Virus record (IMG/VR): IMGVR_UViG_3300025875_000037
Location: 1-52,886 of that record
DNA: 52,886 nucleotides
DNA from: a virus
Taxonomy: Duplodnaviria > Caudoviricetes
Strand: one strand, 5' to 3'
Of the stretch, positions 1 through 8,458 are shown piece after piece. Within the stretch, counting starts at the first letter, position 1. Each line of letters starts with the position of its first letter. Both the position numbers and the translations under genes were made by a program. The notes below the pieces were generated by a model. That model did no database searches, had not been told where the DNA came from, and worked only from the letters and a program-made list of their open reading frames with translations.

Positions 1-3
1 CTA

Positions 4-129
4 GTGCGTCGTGACCCTCCCCCGCCTGCCGATGGGCAAGGCCCTCCGCGACGCGCTAGAGGCTGGCACGGGCAAGCCGTGCGGCTGGGGCGGCTTCCCC
101 CGTGTCGGCACACCTGCCGTCCCCGCTGA
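4..129. repeat. 126-bp terminal direct repeat (copy 1); circular permutation or assembly overlap
   Basis: 4-129 is identical to 52761-52886 by direct reading. Confidence 0.95.
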
Positions 130-448
130 GCCGCCGTTCACCGTCCTGTACGACCTGCCTGGCACCACGTACGCCGGACCGCCCCTGGACGACGACCACG
201 CCGATGTGGAGTGGGTTTGGCAGGTGACGTGCGTGGCTCGCCGCGCCGACCAGGCGATTTGGCTGGGGGACAGGGTGCGGGAGGTGGTGCTCGGCAAGGT
301 CGCGGGCGTCTACGTCTACCCGCTCGTCGTCGGCGGGATGGTCGTCATCGGCCGCCGGTCGGACGGGGACGGCGGCGTGGACGGGCAGGACGGTGTGGTC
401 AACTACTCGGAGCGGTTCGCACTCACGGTGACAGGAGCAGACGCATGA
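11..448 (+). CDS. tail terminator / tail completion protein
   Basis: 145 aa; on the circle it lies between the HK97-gp10-like gene and the major tail gene; 'PPFTVLY...WQVTCVA' pattern. Confidence 0.7.
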   Translation: MTLPRLPMGKALRDALEAGTGKPCGWGGFPRVGTPAVPAEPPFTVLYDLPGTTYAGPPLDDDHADVEWVWQVTCVARRADQAIWLGDRVREVVLGKVAGVYVYPLVVGGMVVIGRRSDGDGGVDGQDGVVNYSERFALTVTGADA

Positions 449-774
449 CGGAGCAGCAGGTCGAGACGGTCGCAGCGGAGCCCGAGACGCTGTACATGAA
501 GCACGACGGCAGCGGCCCGCTTGCCCCCGTCAGCCGGGCGGCATTCGACGCCGTGTGGTCCGAGAAGGGCTGGCAGCTCGTGGACACGCAGGCTGCCGAG
601 CGCGCCGCTGTCCTGGTCGGCGGGCCGACGGATCAGCTCGACGTGCTGCATGTGCCGGAGCTCAAGGAGATCGCCAGCACGGTCGGCGTCGAGCTGCCTG
701 CCGGTGCCCGCAAGGCCGACATCGTGACGGCGATCCGCGACGCGTCGCCGGTCGAGGTCCCGCCCACGCCGTGA
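445..774 (+). CDS. small protein with a C-terminal Rho-N/HeH-like helical domain
   Basis: ATGA overlap; 'LHVPELKEIASTVGVELPAGARKADIVTAI'. Confidence 0.55.
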   Translation: MTEQQVETVAAEPETLYMKHDGSGPLAPVSRAAFDAVWSEKGWQLVDTQAAERAAVLVGGPTDQLDVLHVPELKEIASTVGVELPAGARKADIVTAIRDASPVEVPPTP

Positions 775-965
775 GCAGCGTGGTGTGCATCGACTGTGGC
801 GCTGAGCAGACGCATCGCGTGTGCGCCGAGTGCTTCGTTGACCAGAGAGAGGCGGCGGTGGCGTGGACGCGCGGGCAGGGCAGCCACGGAGACCGGACTG
901 CCGACGACGCGGACGAGGCGCGCATCCGGGCCCTTCCGCACGATCGCTACTTGCCGGGCTACTGA
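771..965 (+). CDS. hypothetical CxxC-containing protein
   Basis: GTGA overlap; CIDC and CAEC motifs. Confidence 0.5.
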   Translation: MSSVVCIDCGAEQTHRVCAECFVDQREAAVAWTRGQGSHGDRTADDADEARIRALPHDRYLPGY

Positions 966-1094
966 GACCGACCCGAGAACGCTTACGTCTGACCGCATGC
1001 CCTAGACTGCGCACAGCGACCCGGCGGACCGGGACTCACGGCCGGTGGCCGGTGGTGAGCCAAGGCGGCCGTGCCGCTGACCGTAGGGGTTCCC

Positions 1095-1562
1095 GTGGCA
1101 CGCTTCATCCGCAAGGGCAAGGCCAAGGTCGACGCGCTGCCGACCATCGCCGCCACCACGCTCAACCCGACTGCCCCCGAGATCGCCGCCGGGCTCAGTC
1201 TGACCGGCCGCATCGCGGATATGGCCGGATGGACGCTGGAGAGCACGAAGGTCGACACGCCTGACCTCGCCTCCCGCTTCGTCCCGAACATCCCCGGCGA
1301 GCAGTCCGTCGGTGACTGCACCCTGACGTTCTACGCCGACGACAGCGGCACCGCCGACCCGGTCAAGACGGCGCTGGCCGTCGACACGATCACGAACATC
1401 TACATCCGCCACTCGGGTGTCGGGACCGGCAAGCCCGCCGACTGCTTCCCGGTCCGGGTGTCGAGCGTCGGCAACGAGTACAGCGTCGGCAACGACCCGG
1501 CGCGCTTCGTGATCTCCTTCGCGGTCACGGCGCTGCCGGCGCAGGATCTGCCGCAGGCGTAG
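1095..1562 (+). CDS. major tail (tube) protein
   Basis: 'PTAPEIAAG...VDTPDLASRFVPNIPG' resembles actinophage tail tube proteins; precedes chaperone and tape measure; strong codon bias; TAGACT -10 at 1003. Confidence 0.8.
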   Translation: MARFIRKGKAKVDALPTIAATTLNPTAPEIAAGLSLTGRIADMAGWTLESTKVDTPDLASRFVPNIPGEQSVGDCTLTFYADDSGTADPVKTALAVDTITNIYIRHSGVGTGKPADCFPVRVSSVGNEYSVGNDPARFVISFAVTALPAQDLPQA

Positions 1563-1566
1563 CACT

Positions 1567-1650
1567 TCCCCCGCCCGTTGGGGACCCCGCCGAGGCCGCA
1601 AGGCCGCGAGTGAGGCGAGAGCCTGCGGGAGTAGTGATCGGGCGGCGGAG
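1567..1650 (+). ncRNA. candidate structured RNA (3-way junction with two GNRA tetraloops)
   Basis: nested stems 1571-1577/1639-1645 and 1586-1590/1625-1629; hairpins GGCC-GCAA-GGCC and AGGC-GAGA-GCCT. Confidence 0.4.
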
Positions 1651-1829
1651 CGGCCCCGCCGGTACTGGCCGCACGACTTACCCTTGCATTCTCGGCCCTT
1701 GAAAGTAAGGATCGGGCAGCAAAATTACTTTCTCCGGGGGCTTGTCGGCCCCGGCGGACCGGACCCGTTCCCCCTCCCCCGAGGGGCTACAAGGGCCGGA
1801 GCCGCCGGGGCAAGGCAGAGAGGCACCCG

Positions 1830-2474
1830 ATGGCGAAGTCGGCAGTCCTGGCGGCGCGTGGAGCACAGGGGCAGGACGCGAAGGCGCGGATGGTCGAGCG
1901 GCTGCGAGCGAAGCGGCCCGTTACCGCGACGTACGACGTGGTGATCGACCCGGAGCCGCTCAAGGCGCTTCGTGAGGCCGAGTCAACGCTGGACCTGCGG
2001 AAGCGGTTCGCGCCCGACAAGGACAAGGACGATGCGGGCCACGCCGCCTACATCAAGGACCAGCTCGACGCCTTTCTGGCGGCCGAGGAGCAGGCGCAGG
2101 GCGCGGTGGAGACCCTGCACCTCCAGGCGCTCCCCCGCGACGCCTACGAGGCGTTCCTGGGCCTGCACCCGCCGACCGACGAGCAGAAGGCCCGCGACGA
2201 GCTGTACGACGTCGACACGTTCCTGCCCGCGCTGATCGCCGGCACGGTCGTCCCGGACAGCGAGCGGGCGCCGGACCCGACGCTGCGCGACCTCGACGGC
2301 TACGACGCCGACACGGTGCTGCCCGGCCGGGTGATGTCGGCCCGGGACGCCGCCGAGGTGCTGGAGTCGTGGAACCAGGGCGAGGTGCACACGCTGTGGC
2401 AGATCGCCACGAGCGTGTGCACCCAGGTGCGGAGCGTGGGCCTCCCTTTCGGCTCCGCGCGGACGCACGGCTGA
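1830..2474 (+). CDS. tail assembly chaperone (G-like)
   Basis: lies between major tail and tape measure; slippery site near the 3' end. Confidence 0.8.
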   Translation: MAKSAVLAARGAQGQDAKARMVERLRAKRPVTATYDVVIDPEPLKALREAESTLDLRKRFAPDKDKDDAGHAAYIKDQLDAFLAAEEQAQGAVETLHLQALPRDAYEAFLGLHPPTDEQKARDELYDVDTFLPALIAGTVVPDSERAPDPTLRDLDGYDADTVLPGRVMSARDAAEVLESWNQGEVHTLWQIATSVCTQVRSVGLPFGSARTHG

Positions 2475-2788
2475 GGGCCGAGCTCCAGTACGTCGTTCCG
2501 CGCGGCATCCCGCACAGCACGTTCCTGTCCTGGCAGTCCGACGATCAGGACAAGGCGATGGCGTACCTGTCGCTGGAGGCGGAGACGTGCCCGCGCTGCC
2601 GGACGCGTGCGGAGGAGTGGGACCCCGCCCGGGGCGGCAGCCGGCACGCCTACTACGCCGACGCGGACCGCTGTCATGGCTGCGAGACGTTGGAGCAGGC
2701 GCAGCGCGAGATGCGGGCCAGCGGCGGTGACGACGAGCTGGGCGTGAGTCTGGTGCTCGTGCCCAACGACGACGACGAGGACGCGTAG
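2444..2788 (+). CDS. -1 frameshift extension of the tail assembly chaperone (GT-like)
   Basis: C CCT TTC heptamer at 2444-2450; the -1 frame is open to 2788 and abuts the tape measure start. Confidence 0.75.
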   Translation, partial: PFRLRADARLRAELQYVVPRGIPHSTFLSWQSDDQDKAMAYLSLEAETCPRCRTRAEEWDPARGGSRHAYYADADRCHGCETLEQAQREMRASGGDDELGVSLVLVPNDDDEDA

Positions 2789-5700
2789 TGGCTGCCAGCA
2801 GTCGGCTGTACATCGAACTCGCCGCCGATGTGTCCGGGCTGCGTCGCGGGCTGACCGAGGGCGCGTCGCAAGTCGAGCGGTACGGGCGGCAGACCGAGCA
2901 GGCGATGCGGCGTCGGCAGGCCGCTATCGACGCGACCGAGCGCGCCACCGAGCGGTTGACACGTGCAGAGGAAGCGTCCCGGCACGGACGCACACAGTTG
3001 GAGAACGCGAGTCGTACATACGTGCGGACACAGCAGCGACTTGCGCAACTCCAGGCCAGTGGCACGGCAACGACCACGCAACTGGCGCGAGCACAGGACG
3101 CCGCCCGTGCAGCACAGCAGCGACTTGCCCGAGAGCAGGCGCGCGGCACGCAGAACACTCGGGATCTTACGCGGGCTCGTGACGCGCTAGAGCGAGCGCA
3201 GCGCGACAGCGCGCAGGCGACCCGAGACGCCGCCCGCGCTCAGCAGGAGCAGGCGCGGGCCACGGAGGAGGCTGAGCGGTCGAGCAGCCGCGCCGGGCGG
3301 GCGATGTCCGGGCTGGCGAAGGTCGGCGCAGCCGCCGGGCTGGCTGCCGCTGCCGGGCTGGCCGCTGCGGTCACGGAGGCTGTCGCGTTCGACGCCGCGA
3401 TGCGGAACGTCAACTCGATCTCCGGGCTGAGCGAGCAGGCGCTTGAGGCGACCGGCGACGAACTGGTCAACCTGTCGAAGACGCTGCCGCAGGGCGCCAC
3501 CACCCTCGCTGAGGGCCTGTACGACGTGGCGTCGTCCGGCTTCCAGGGCGCGGACGGCATGACCGTCCTGACCGCCTCCGCTGTCGCGGCTTCCGCCGGT
3601 CTGACGGACACGGCGACGTCGGCGCAGGCCATCACGGCGGTCCTCAACGCGTACAAGAAGCCTGCGCAGGAGGCCGCTGACGTCTCCGACGTGCTGTTCT
3701 CCACCGTCAACCTCGGTGTCATCACCTTCGAGCAGTTGTCGCACAACATCGGTGACTACCTCGGCACCGCGCAGGCCCTCGGGGTGTCGTTCGAGGAGAC
3801 CGGTGCTGCCGTCGCCACCCTGACCCTGAACGGCATCAACGCCGCGCAGTCCGGAACCGCCCTCAACGGCGTGTTGTCCAAGTTGATCGTCCCGTCCGAG
3901 GCGCTGGGCGACCTGTTCAAAAAGCAGGGCTACGAGTCGGGCACCGCCGCGGTGAAGGCTCTCGGGCTCGCCGGCACGATGAACATGATCGCCAAGGAGA
4001 CGAGCGGCAGCGCCGAGGCGATGCAGGCGATGTTCCCCGACATCGAGGCGCTGCGCGGGGCGCTGGCCCTGACGAGCAACGGTGGCGAGAACTACAACGA
4101 CATCGTCGGGAAAATGGTCCCGCAGTCCGCCCGTGCGGGCGCGGCGCAGCGGGCGCTTGCCGAGCAGGCGAAGTCTGCGCGCTATCAGTTGGTTCTGCTC
4201 AAGAACAACGCGGTCGCGCTCGGGCTCGGCATCGGACGCGAACTGATGGGGCCGCTGGCGACCGCCGCGCGGGTGCTTCGTGAACTTGGCTCGGAAGGGT
4301 CGGACGCGCGCGAAGCAGTCGCAGCCTTGGAGCCGATGCTCAATGCCTTGTCGTCGGCGGGCAGTGACGCTTGGCAGATTCTGGTGGACCTGGCGACTGC
4401 ACTCGGGCCGCTCGCCGGGGTCGCCGCGCAGGTCGGGCTAGTGGCGCTCGGCGCGGCAGCCACAGGCCTCGCGGTCGGGCTCCAGGCCGTCATGTCGACG
4501 GTCCAGGCTGCGACGGGCTTCCTGGCAGACCATCAGGAGATCGTCATGGCGCTCGCCTTGTCGGTCGGCATCCTGTCCGGCTCGTTCGCAAGCCTCACGC
4601 TGGCGATGCTGAGTTCGCTTGGCACCGGGATCACCGTGGGTTACGTAGCCCTGGCTTCTAGGATCATTCACCTTCGGGACGCACTCGTAGCAGCCAGAAC
4701 GGCTGCGACTCTCATGGGTGCAGCGATGGCGGGCGCGACGGTCGGGCTGAGTGTTCTCGCGGCGGTGGGCTACAGCGCCTGGACCAGGCACAAGGAGTCG
4801 ATCGAGTCCAGCAAGCAGGCGCTGGACGAGTTCAAGGACGCGAGCGGCCGGGGTTCGTTCGATGAGCAGGTGCAGGCGATCGGCGCCCTCGACGGACGCA
4901 TGCAGGACATCCGCAACCGGCTCGCCGAGCTTGACGGGATGGGCTTTTGGGAGCGGTCGATCCAGTGGGACTACGAGGGCGAGGTCGCCGGGCTGGAGCG
5001 GAGCCTGGCGGAAGCCGCGAACGAGAGCGAAGCCGCAAAGGGCCAGCTTGAGTCCCTCGGGCTCATGGCGCAGCGGTTCTCCGATGACGCGTTGTCGGCG
5101 GCCGAGAAGACGAACATGCTCCAGTCCGCCGGAGTCACGCTCGGTGACAGCATGGCGGTCGCGGGCAGCAAGCTCGGGGTGCTCGCGGCGGCGCAGTCCG
5201 ACGCCGCCCGCATGGCGCCGCAGCTCGGGCAGTCCCTGACGGACCTCCAGTCCCCGACGGAGAAGACCGCCGAGGCGACGGAGGAGCTGAACGAGCAGAT
5301 TGACCAGATGGCGACCGTGCTCGGGCAGTTTGTCGATCCGGTAGGTGCCTACGAGCAGTTGCTCCAGCAGAAGACCGAAGCCGAGCGGGCTGCGGCTGAG
5401 GCGACCGCCAAGCACACGAAGTCCGGCAAGGACTCGTGGGAGGATTACGTCAAGGACGCCAAGGTCTCGCTGTCCGAGTGGTCGGGAGTCTTGCGGCAGC
5501 AGGTCAAGGACCAGATGGAATGGAAGCGCAACATCGTCACCATCGCGCAACGCGCCGGGACAGATGTAGCGCAGGCCGTCTTCGACATGGGCGCGAAGGG
5601 CGTGCCGCTGGCGGCTGCGTTTGCAAACGGCACCACCAAGGAGGTCCGCGAGGCCGCCAGGGCGATGCGCTCAAGCATGAAGGCGGGCACCGACGGTGGC

Positions 5701-7002
5701 GCGGCCGAGTTGCAGACCGGCTTCGAGATCATGAAGACGGCAGCGCGCCAGGGCTCCAAGGCTACGGTCCAGTCGGTCGCGGGCGAGATGGAGCTGATGC
5801 CTCAGCAGGTCCGCGACATCACTCGGCACTTGAACATCCGGCTGGAGGAGGGCCTGGACGACTCCAAGCGGAAGGGTCGCGAAGGCGCCCGCGAAGCCGC
5901 TGATGCGGTCAACCACTCGTTCGCCAACGGAGCGGAGCGACTGCGCTACATCGCGTACAAGTACGGTGACAACCTCGCGGCAGGCGTCAACCCGATCCTC
6001 AAGGCGCTCGGCAAGCGGACCATCGCCGGACACCGCGTGTCCGTAGGCGGCTCCGGTGGTGTCGCGGAGGTCAACGGCGGGCTGCTCGACTTCTACGCCA
6101 GCGGCGGCATGCGGGAGTCCCACGTCGCGCAGATCGCACCTGCGGGGGCGTACCGCATCTGGGCGGAGCAGGAGACCGGCGGGGAGGCGTACATCCCGCT
6201 CGCGGACAGCAAGAGCGCCCGGTCGTACGACATTTGGCAGGAGGTCGGTCGACGGAAGGGCTGGGGCGAGTTCCAGGAGTTCGCGGCTGGCGGGTTCAGC
6301 GGCCCGTCCGACGTGCCGCGCCCGTCCTCGACCGCGCCCGCCCGCCGCCCGATGTCGACCGCTGCCGGCGGCACGATGCGGGAGGCGTACAGCGAACTGG
6401 TCGCCTTCCTGGAGAAGAACACTCTCGGCGGCGGCATCGGCCCTGGCGGGGTCGGTGGCGGCAACCTGGTGGCGATCGGCCGTCAGCTCCAGGCGCTCGG
6501 CTTCCGAGTCTCCGAGCATCCGGCCTTTGGCGGAGTTCTCGGCGGTCACGCGCCGGGCTCCTACCACTACGCCGGTCGGGCGATCGACGTCAACTACGGG
6601 CCGGGCGGGCAGTCGGCCGAGGAGACGAACGCGATCAACTCGGTTCTCAAGCGGCTGGCAGGCACCCGGTTCGCGGAAAGACTGTGGCAGGTCGCCGGGC
6701 ATTACGACCACTTGCACTTGGCGATGCGGGCGGGCGGCATCCTCAACCCGCACATCCGCGATCAGGGCGGGCCGCTGCTGCCCGGTCTGACGCTGAACGC
6801 GACCGGCAGGCCGGAGACGGTCATCCCGCACGGCTACGGGCTCCCTGCGACCCGTGGCAGCCAGCCGGTCTCCGGGCCGACGTACGCGAACACCCGCGTG
6901 GTGCACGACAACAGCCGACGGGTGGACGTGGGGCAGATCGTGCTCCAGGGGACGCGGGCAACCGCGCGGGGTGTGGCGGAGGAGCTGGCATGGCTGCGCT
7001 AG
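2788..7002 (+). CDS. tape measure protein (TP901-type core) with a C-terminal Zn-peptidase-like domain
   Basis: 1404 aa, Ala-rich; 'FDAAMRNVNSIS...LAEGLYDVASSG'; hydrophobic central segment; HYAGRAID and HLH motifs near the C-terminus. Confidence 0.92.
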   Translation: MAASSRLYIELAADVSGLRRGLTEGASQVERYGRQTEQAMRRRQAAIDATERATERLTRAEEASRHGRTQLENASRTYVRTQQRLAQLQASGTATTTQLARAQDAARAAQQRLAREQARGTQNTRDLTRARDALERAQRDSAQATRDAARAQQEQARATEEAERSSSRAGRAMSGLAKVGAAAGLAAAAGLAAAVTEAVAFDAAMRNVNSISGLSEQALEATGDELVNLSKTLPQGATTLAEGLYDVASSGFQGADGMTVLTASAVAASAGLTDTATSAQAITAVLNAYKKPAQEAADVSDVLFSTVNLGVITFEQLSHNIGDYLGTAQALGVSFEETGAAVATLTLNGINAAQSGTALNGVLSKLIVPSEALGDLFKKQGYESGTAAVKALGLAGTMNMIAKETSGSAEAMQAMFPDIEALRGALALTSNGGENYNDIVGKMVPQSARAGAAQRALAEQAKSARYQLVLLKNNAVALGLGIGRELMGPLATAARVLRELGSEGSDAREAVAALEPMLNALSSAGSDAWQILVDLATALGPLAGVAAQVGLVALGAAATGLAVGLQAVMSTVQAATGFLADHQEIVMALALSVGILSGSFASLTLAMLSSLGTGITVGYVALASRIIHLRDALVAARTAATLMGAAMAGATVGLSVLAAVGYSAWTRHKESIESSKQALDEFKDASGRGSFDEQVQAIGALDGRMQDIRNRLAELDGMGFWERSIQWDYEGEVAGLERSLAEAANESEAAKGQLESLGLMAQRFSDDALSAAEKTNMLQSAGVTLGDSMAVAGSKLGVLAAAQSDAARMAPQLGQSLTDLQSPTEKTAEATEELNEQIDQMATVLGQFVDPVGAYEQLLQQKTEAERAAAEATAKHTKSGKDSWEDYVKDAKVSLSEWSGVLRQQVKDQMEWKRNIVTIAQRAGTDVAQAVFDMGAKGVPLAAAFANGTTKEVREAARAMRSSMKAGTDGGAAELQTGFEIMKTAARQGSKATVQSVAGEMELMPQQVRDITRHLNIRLEEGLDDSKRKGREGAREAADAVNHSFANGAERLRYIAYKYGDNLAAGVNPILKALGKRTIAGHRVSVGGSGGVAEVNGGLLDFYASGGMRESHVAQIAPAGAYRIWAEQETGGEAYIPLADSKSARSYDIWQEVGRRKGWGEFQEFAAGGFSGPSDVPRPSSTAPARRPMSTAAGGTMREAYSELVAFLEKNTLGGGIGPGGVGGGNLVAIGRQLQALGFRVSEHPAFGGVLGGHAPGSYHYAGRAIDVNYGPGGQSAEETNAINSVLKRLAGTRFAERLWQVAGHYDHLHLAMRAGGILNPHIRDQGGPLLPGLTLNATGRPETVIPHGYGLPATRGSQPVSGPTYANTRVVHDNSRRVDVGQIVLQGTRATARGVAEELAWLR

Positions 7003-7030
7003 GATCGGGCTACATACCGAGTCCTGGAGG
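6998..7030 (+). promoter_or_regulatory. promoter/RBS cassette copy 1
   Basis: gcTAGGATcgggcTACA then CCTGGAGG (7023) and ATG 7035. Confidence 0.65.
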
Positions 7031-7034
7031 ACAC

Positions 7035-7190
7035 ATGACTGACGACGAGATCACTGCGGCCGCTCAGTCGGGCTTTGATGAGGGTCGTAACGCTCGTGAC
7101 GAGGGGAACGACGCCGAGGATCAGGTTTACCGCGCGGTCATTGCGGCGCTGGCTCACGTGCGCGCTAGTGCCCCCCCCGAGTCGCCATGA
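7035..7190 (+). CDS. hypothetical 51-aa moron-like protein
   Basis: has its own promoter/RBS cassette; ATGA overlap with the next gene. Confidence 0.6.
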   Translation: MTDDEITAAAQSGFDEGRNARDEGNDAEDQVYRAVIAALAHVRASAPPESP

Positions 7191-8122
7191 CGACCACCCT
7201 CTCCACCTTCACGCTGTCCCTCAACGGACTCCGGGTCGGCGCAGGCCAGCCGATCCGCATCACCGAAGTCCGCGGGCTGGACGACATGCCGGAGGTGCGG
7301 ACCGACGACCAGCCCCGGACGTACGGCGACGGCGACGTGGACGGCGACGACGCGCAAGCCGGGCGGGTGGTGGAGGTCGACCTGTCGCTGGCAGGGCGGG
7401 ACCTGGCGGGCAGCCTGACGGCTCTGCGGCGGGCGCTGGCGAACCCGATCGGTGACATGGGCGAGCTCCAGGTGGTCGGCGGGCTGCCCGGGATGCCGCC
7501 GCTGCGGATGCGCGGCAAGGTCCGCCGGGCGAGCATCCCGACAGACCGCGCTCTGGCGCTCGGGCACTCCACACCGCGCTTCGCGTTCTACAGCCCCGAC
7601 CCCCGCCTGTACGGCAGCGAGGTCGTCGCGGAGGCGTACGTCTCCCGCCCCGTCCAGCAGTCCGCGCCGGTCCGCTACGACGACCCGGTGCCGTACGACT
7701 CGCCGGCTGTCGACTACGACGCCGGCAGGGCGACTGTCAACGAGCCGGCACCGATCGCACCGCCGTTCGTGTTCCCTGTCGTCTTCGGCGGGTCATCGCT
7801 GGGGGCGTCCGTCGTGGCGACGAACGAGGGCCCGTACGCGACGTGGCCGGTCGTTCGGGTCTACGGGCCGACGCCGCCGTTCTCGCTGATCCAGTCCGTC
7901 GAGCAGCACGAGGTCCGCTACCGCGAGACACTGCCCGCCGGGCAGTTCGTGGACTTCGACATGCGCAACCGACGGGTCCTGCTGAACGGGGTGGCTTCCC
8001 GCCGGGACAACATGTCGGGGACGTGGTTCAGTCTGCCGCCCGGTCAGTGCACCGTCACGTTCTCGCCGCGTGAGGCTGCCCCGAGCGCTCACTTCGAGCT
8101 GCGCTACAGCAGCGCCTACTAG
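7187..8122 (+). CDS. distal tail protein (Dit-like minor tail)
   Basis: first large gene after tape measure; 'SPDPRLYG', 'NEGPYATWPVVRVYGP', 'WFSLPPG'. Confidence 0.75.
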   Translation: MTTTLSTFTLSLNGLRVGAGQPIRITEVRGLDDMPEVRTDDQPRTYGDGDVDGDDAQAGRVVEVDLSLAGRDLAGSLTALRRALANPIGDMGELQVVGGLPGMPPLRMRGKVRRASIPTDRALALGHSTPRFAFYSPDPRLYGSEVVAEAYVSRPVQQSAPVRYDDPVPYDSPAVDYDAGRATVNEPAPIAPPFVFPVVFGGSSLGASVVATNEGPYATWPVVRVYGPTPPFSLIQSVEQHEVRYRETLPAGQFVDFDMRNRRVLLNGVASRRDNMSGTWFSLPPGQCTVTFSPREAAPSAHFELRYSSAY

Positions 8123-8137
8123 GTCCCTGGAGGACTC

Positions 8138-8458
8138 ATGACCGACCCGACCACTAGTGGCCCTTCTCGTGCATTGACGCCGCTACAACGCGAAGCTCTC
8201 GGCGCCCTCGCCAACACCTACCCGGGTGCCGAGAGCGACAACGCGGTGCACTCCGGGATCGATTGCTACTGGGACGGCCAGGCGTGGATCGGGTTCCGCA
8301 CTGCCGAGGCGTTGCGCCGACGAGGGCTTGTAGTCGTCAGTCGGGCGGAGCCGTACGACGAGTACCCCGCCATCTGGCTCACCGAGGCCGGGCGTGCCGC
8401 CGCGTCCGGTAGTGCCCGATCTCAGCCCGCCGTCCCTACTGACAGGATGTCGTCATGA
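8138..8458 (+). CDS. hypothetical moron-like protein, possibly winged helix
   Basis: CCTGGAGG RBS at 8126; 'TAEALRRRGLV...LTEAGRAA'. Confidence 0.55.
   Translation: MTDPTTSGPSRALTPLQREALGALANTYPGAESDNAVHSGIDCYWDGQAWIGFRTAEALRRRGLVVVSRAEPYDEYPAIWLTEAGRAAASGSARSQPAVPTDRMSS

Noticed and set aside
4-129. Terminal repeat as a biological fixed DTR
   Set aside because: It falls within a tail gene far from the terminase and has a length typical of an assembler overlap.
1563-1700. Possible cobalamin riboswitch, tRNA or hammerhead in the structured gap
   Set aside because: No GCxACTG B12-box continuation, no TTCGA T-loop or cloverleaf, and no CUGANGA core.
7670-7725. YD-repeat in Dit resembling the ORF at 36687
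   Set aside because: Short low-complexity motif; not RHS YD repeats and too little evidence for a link.
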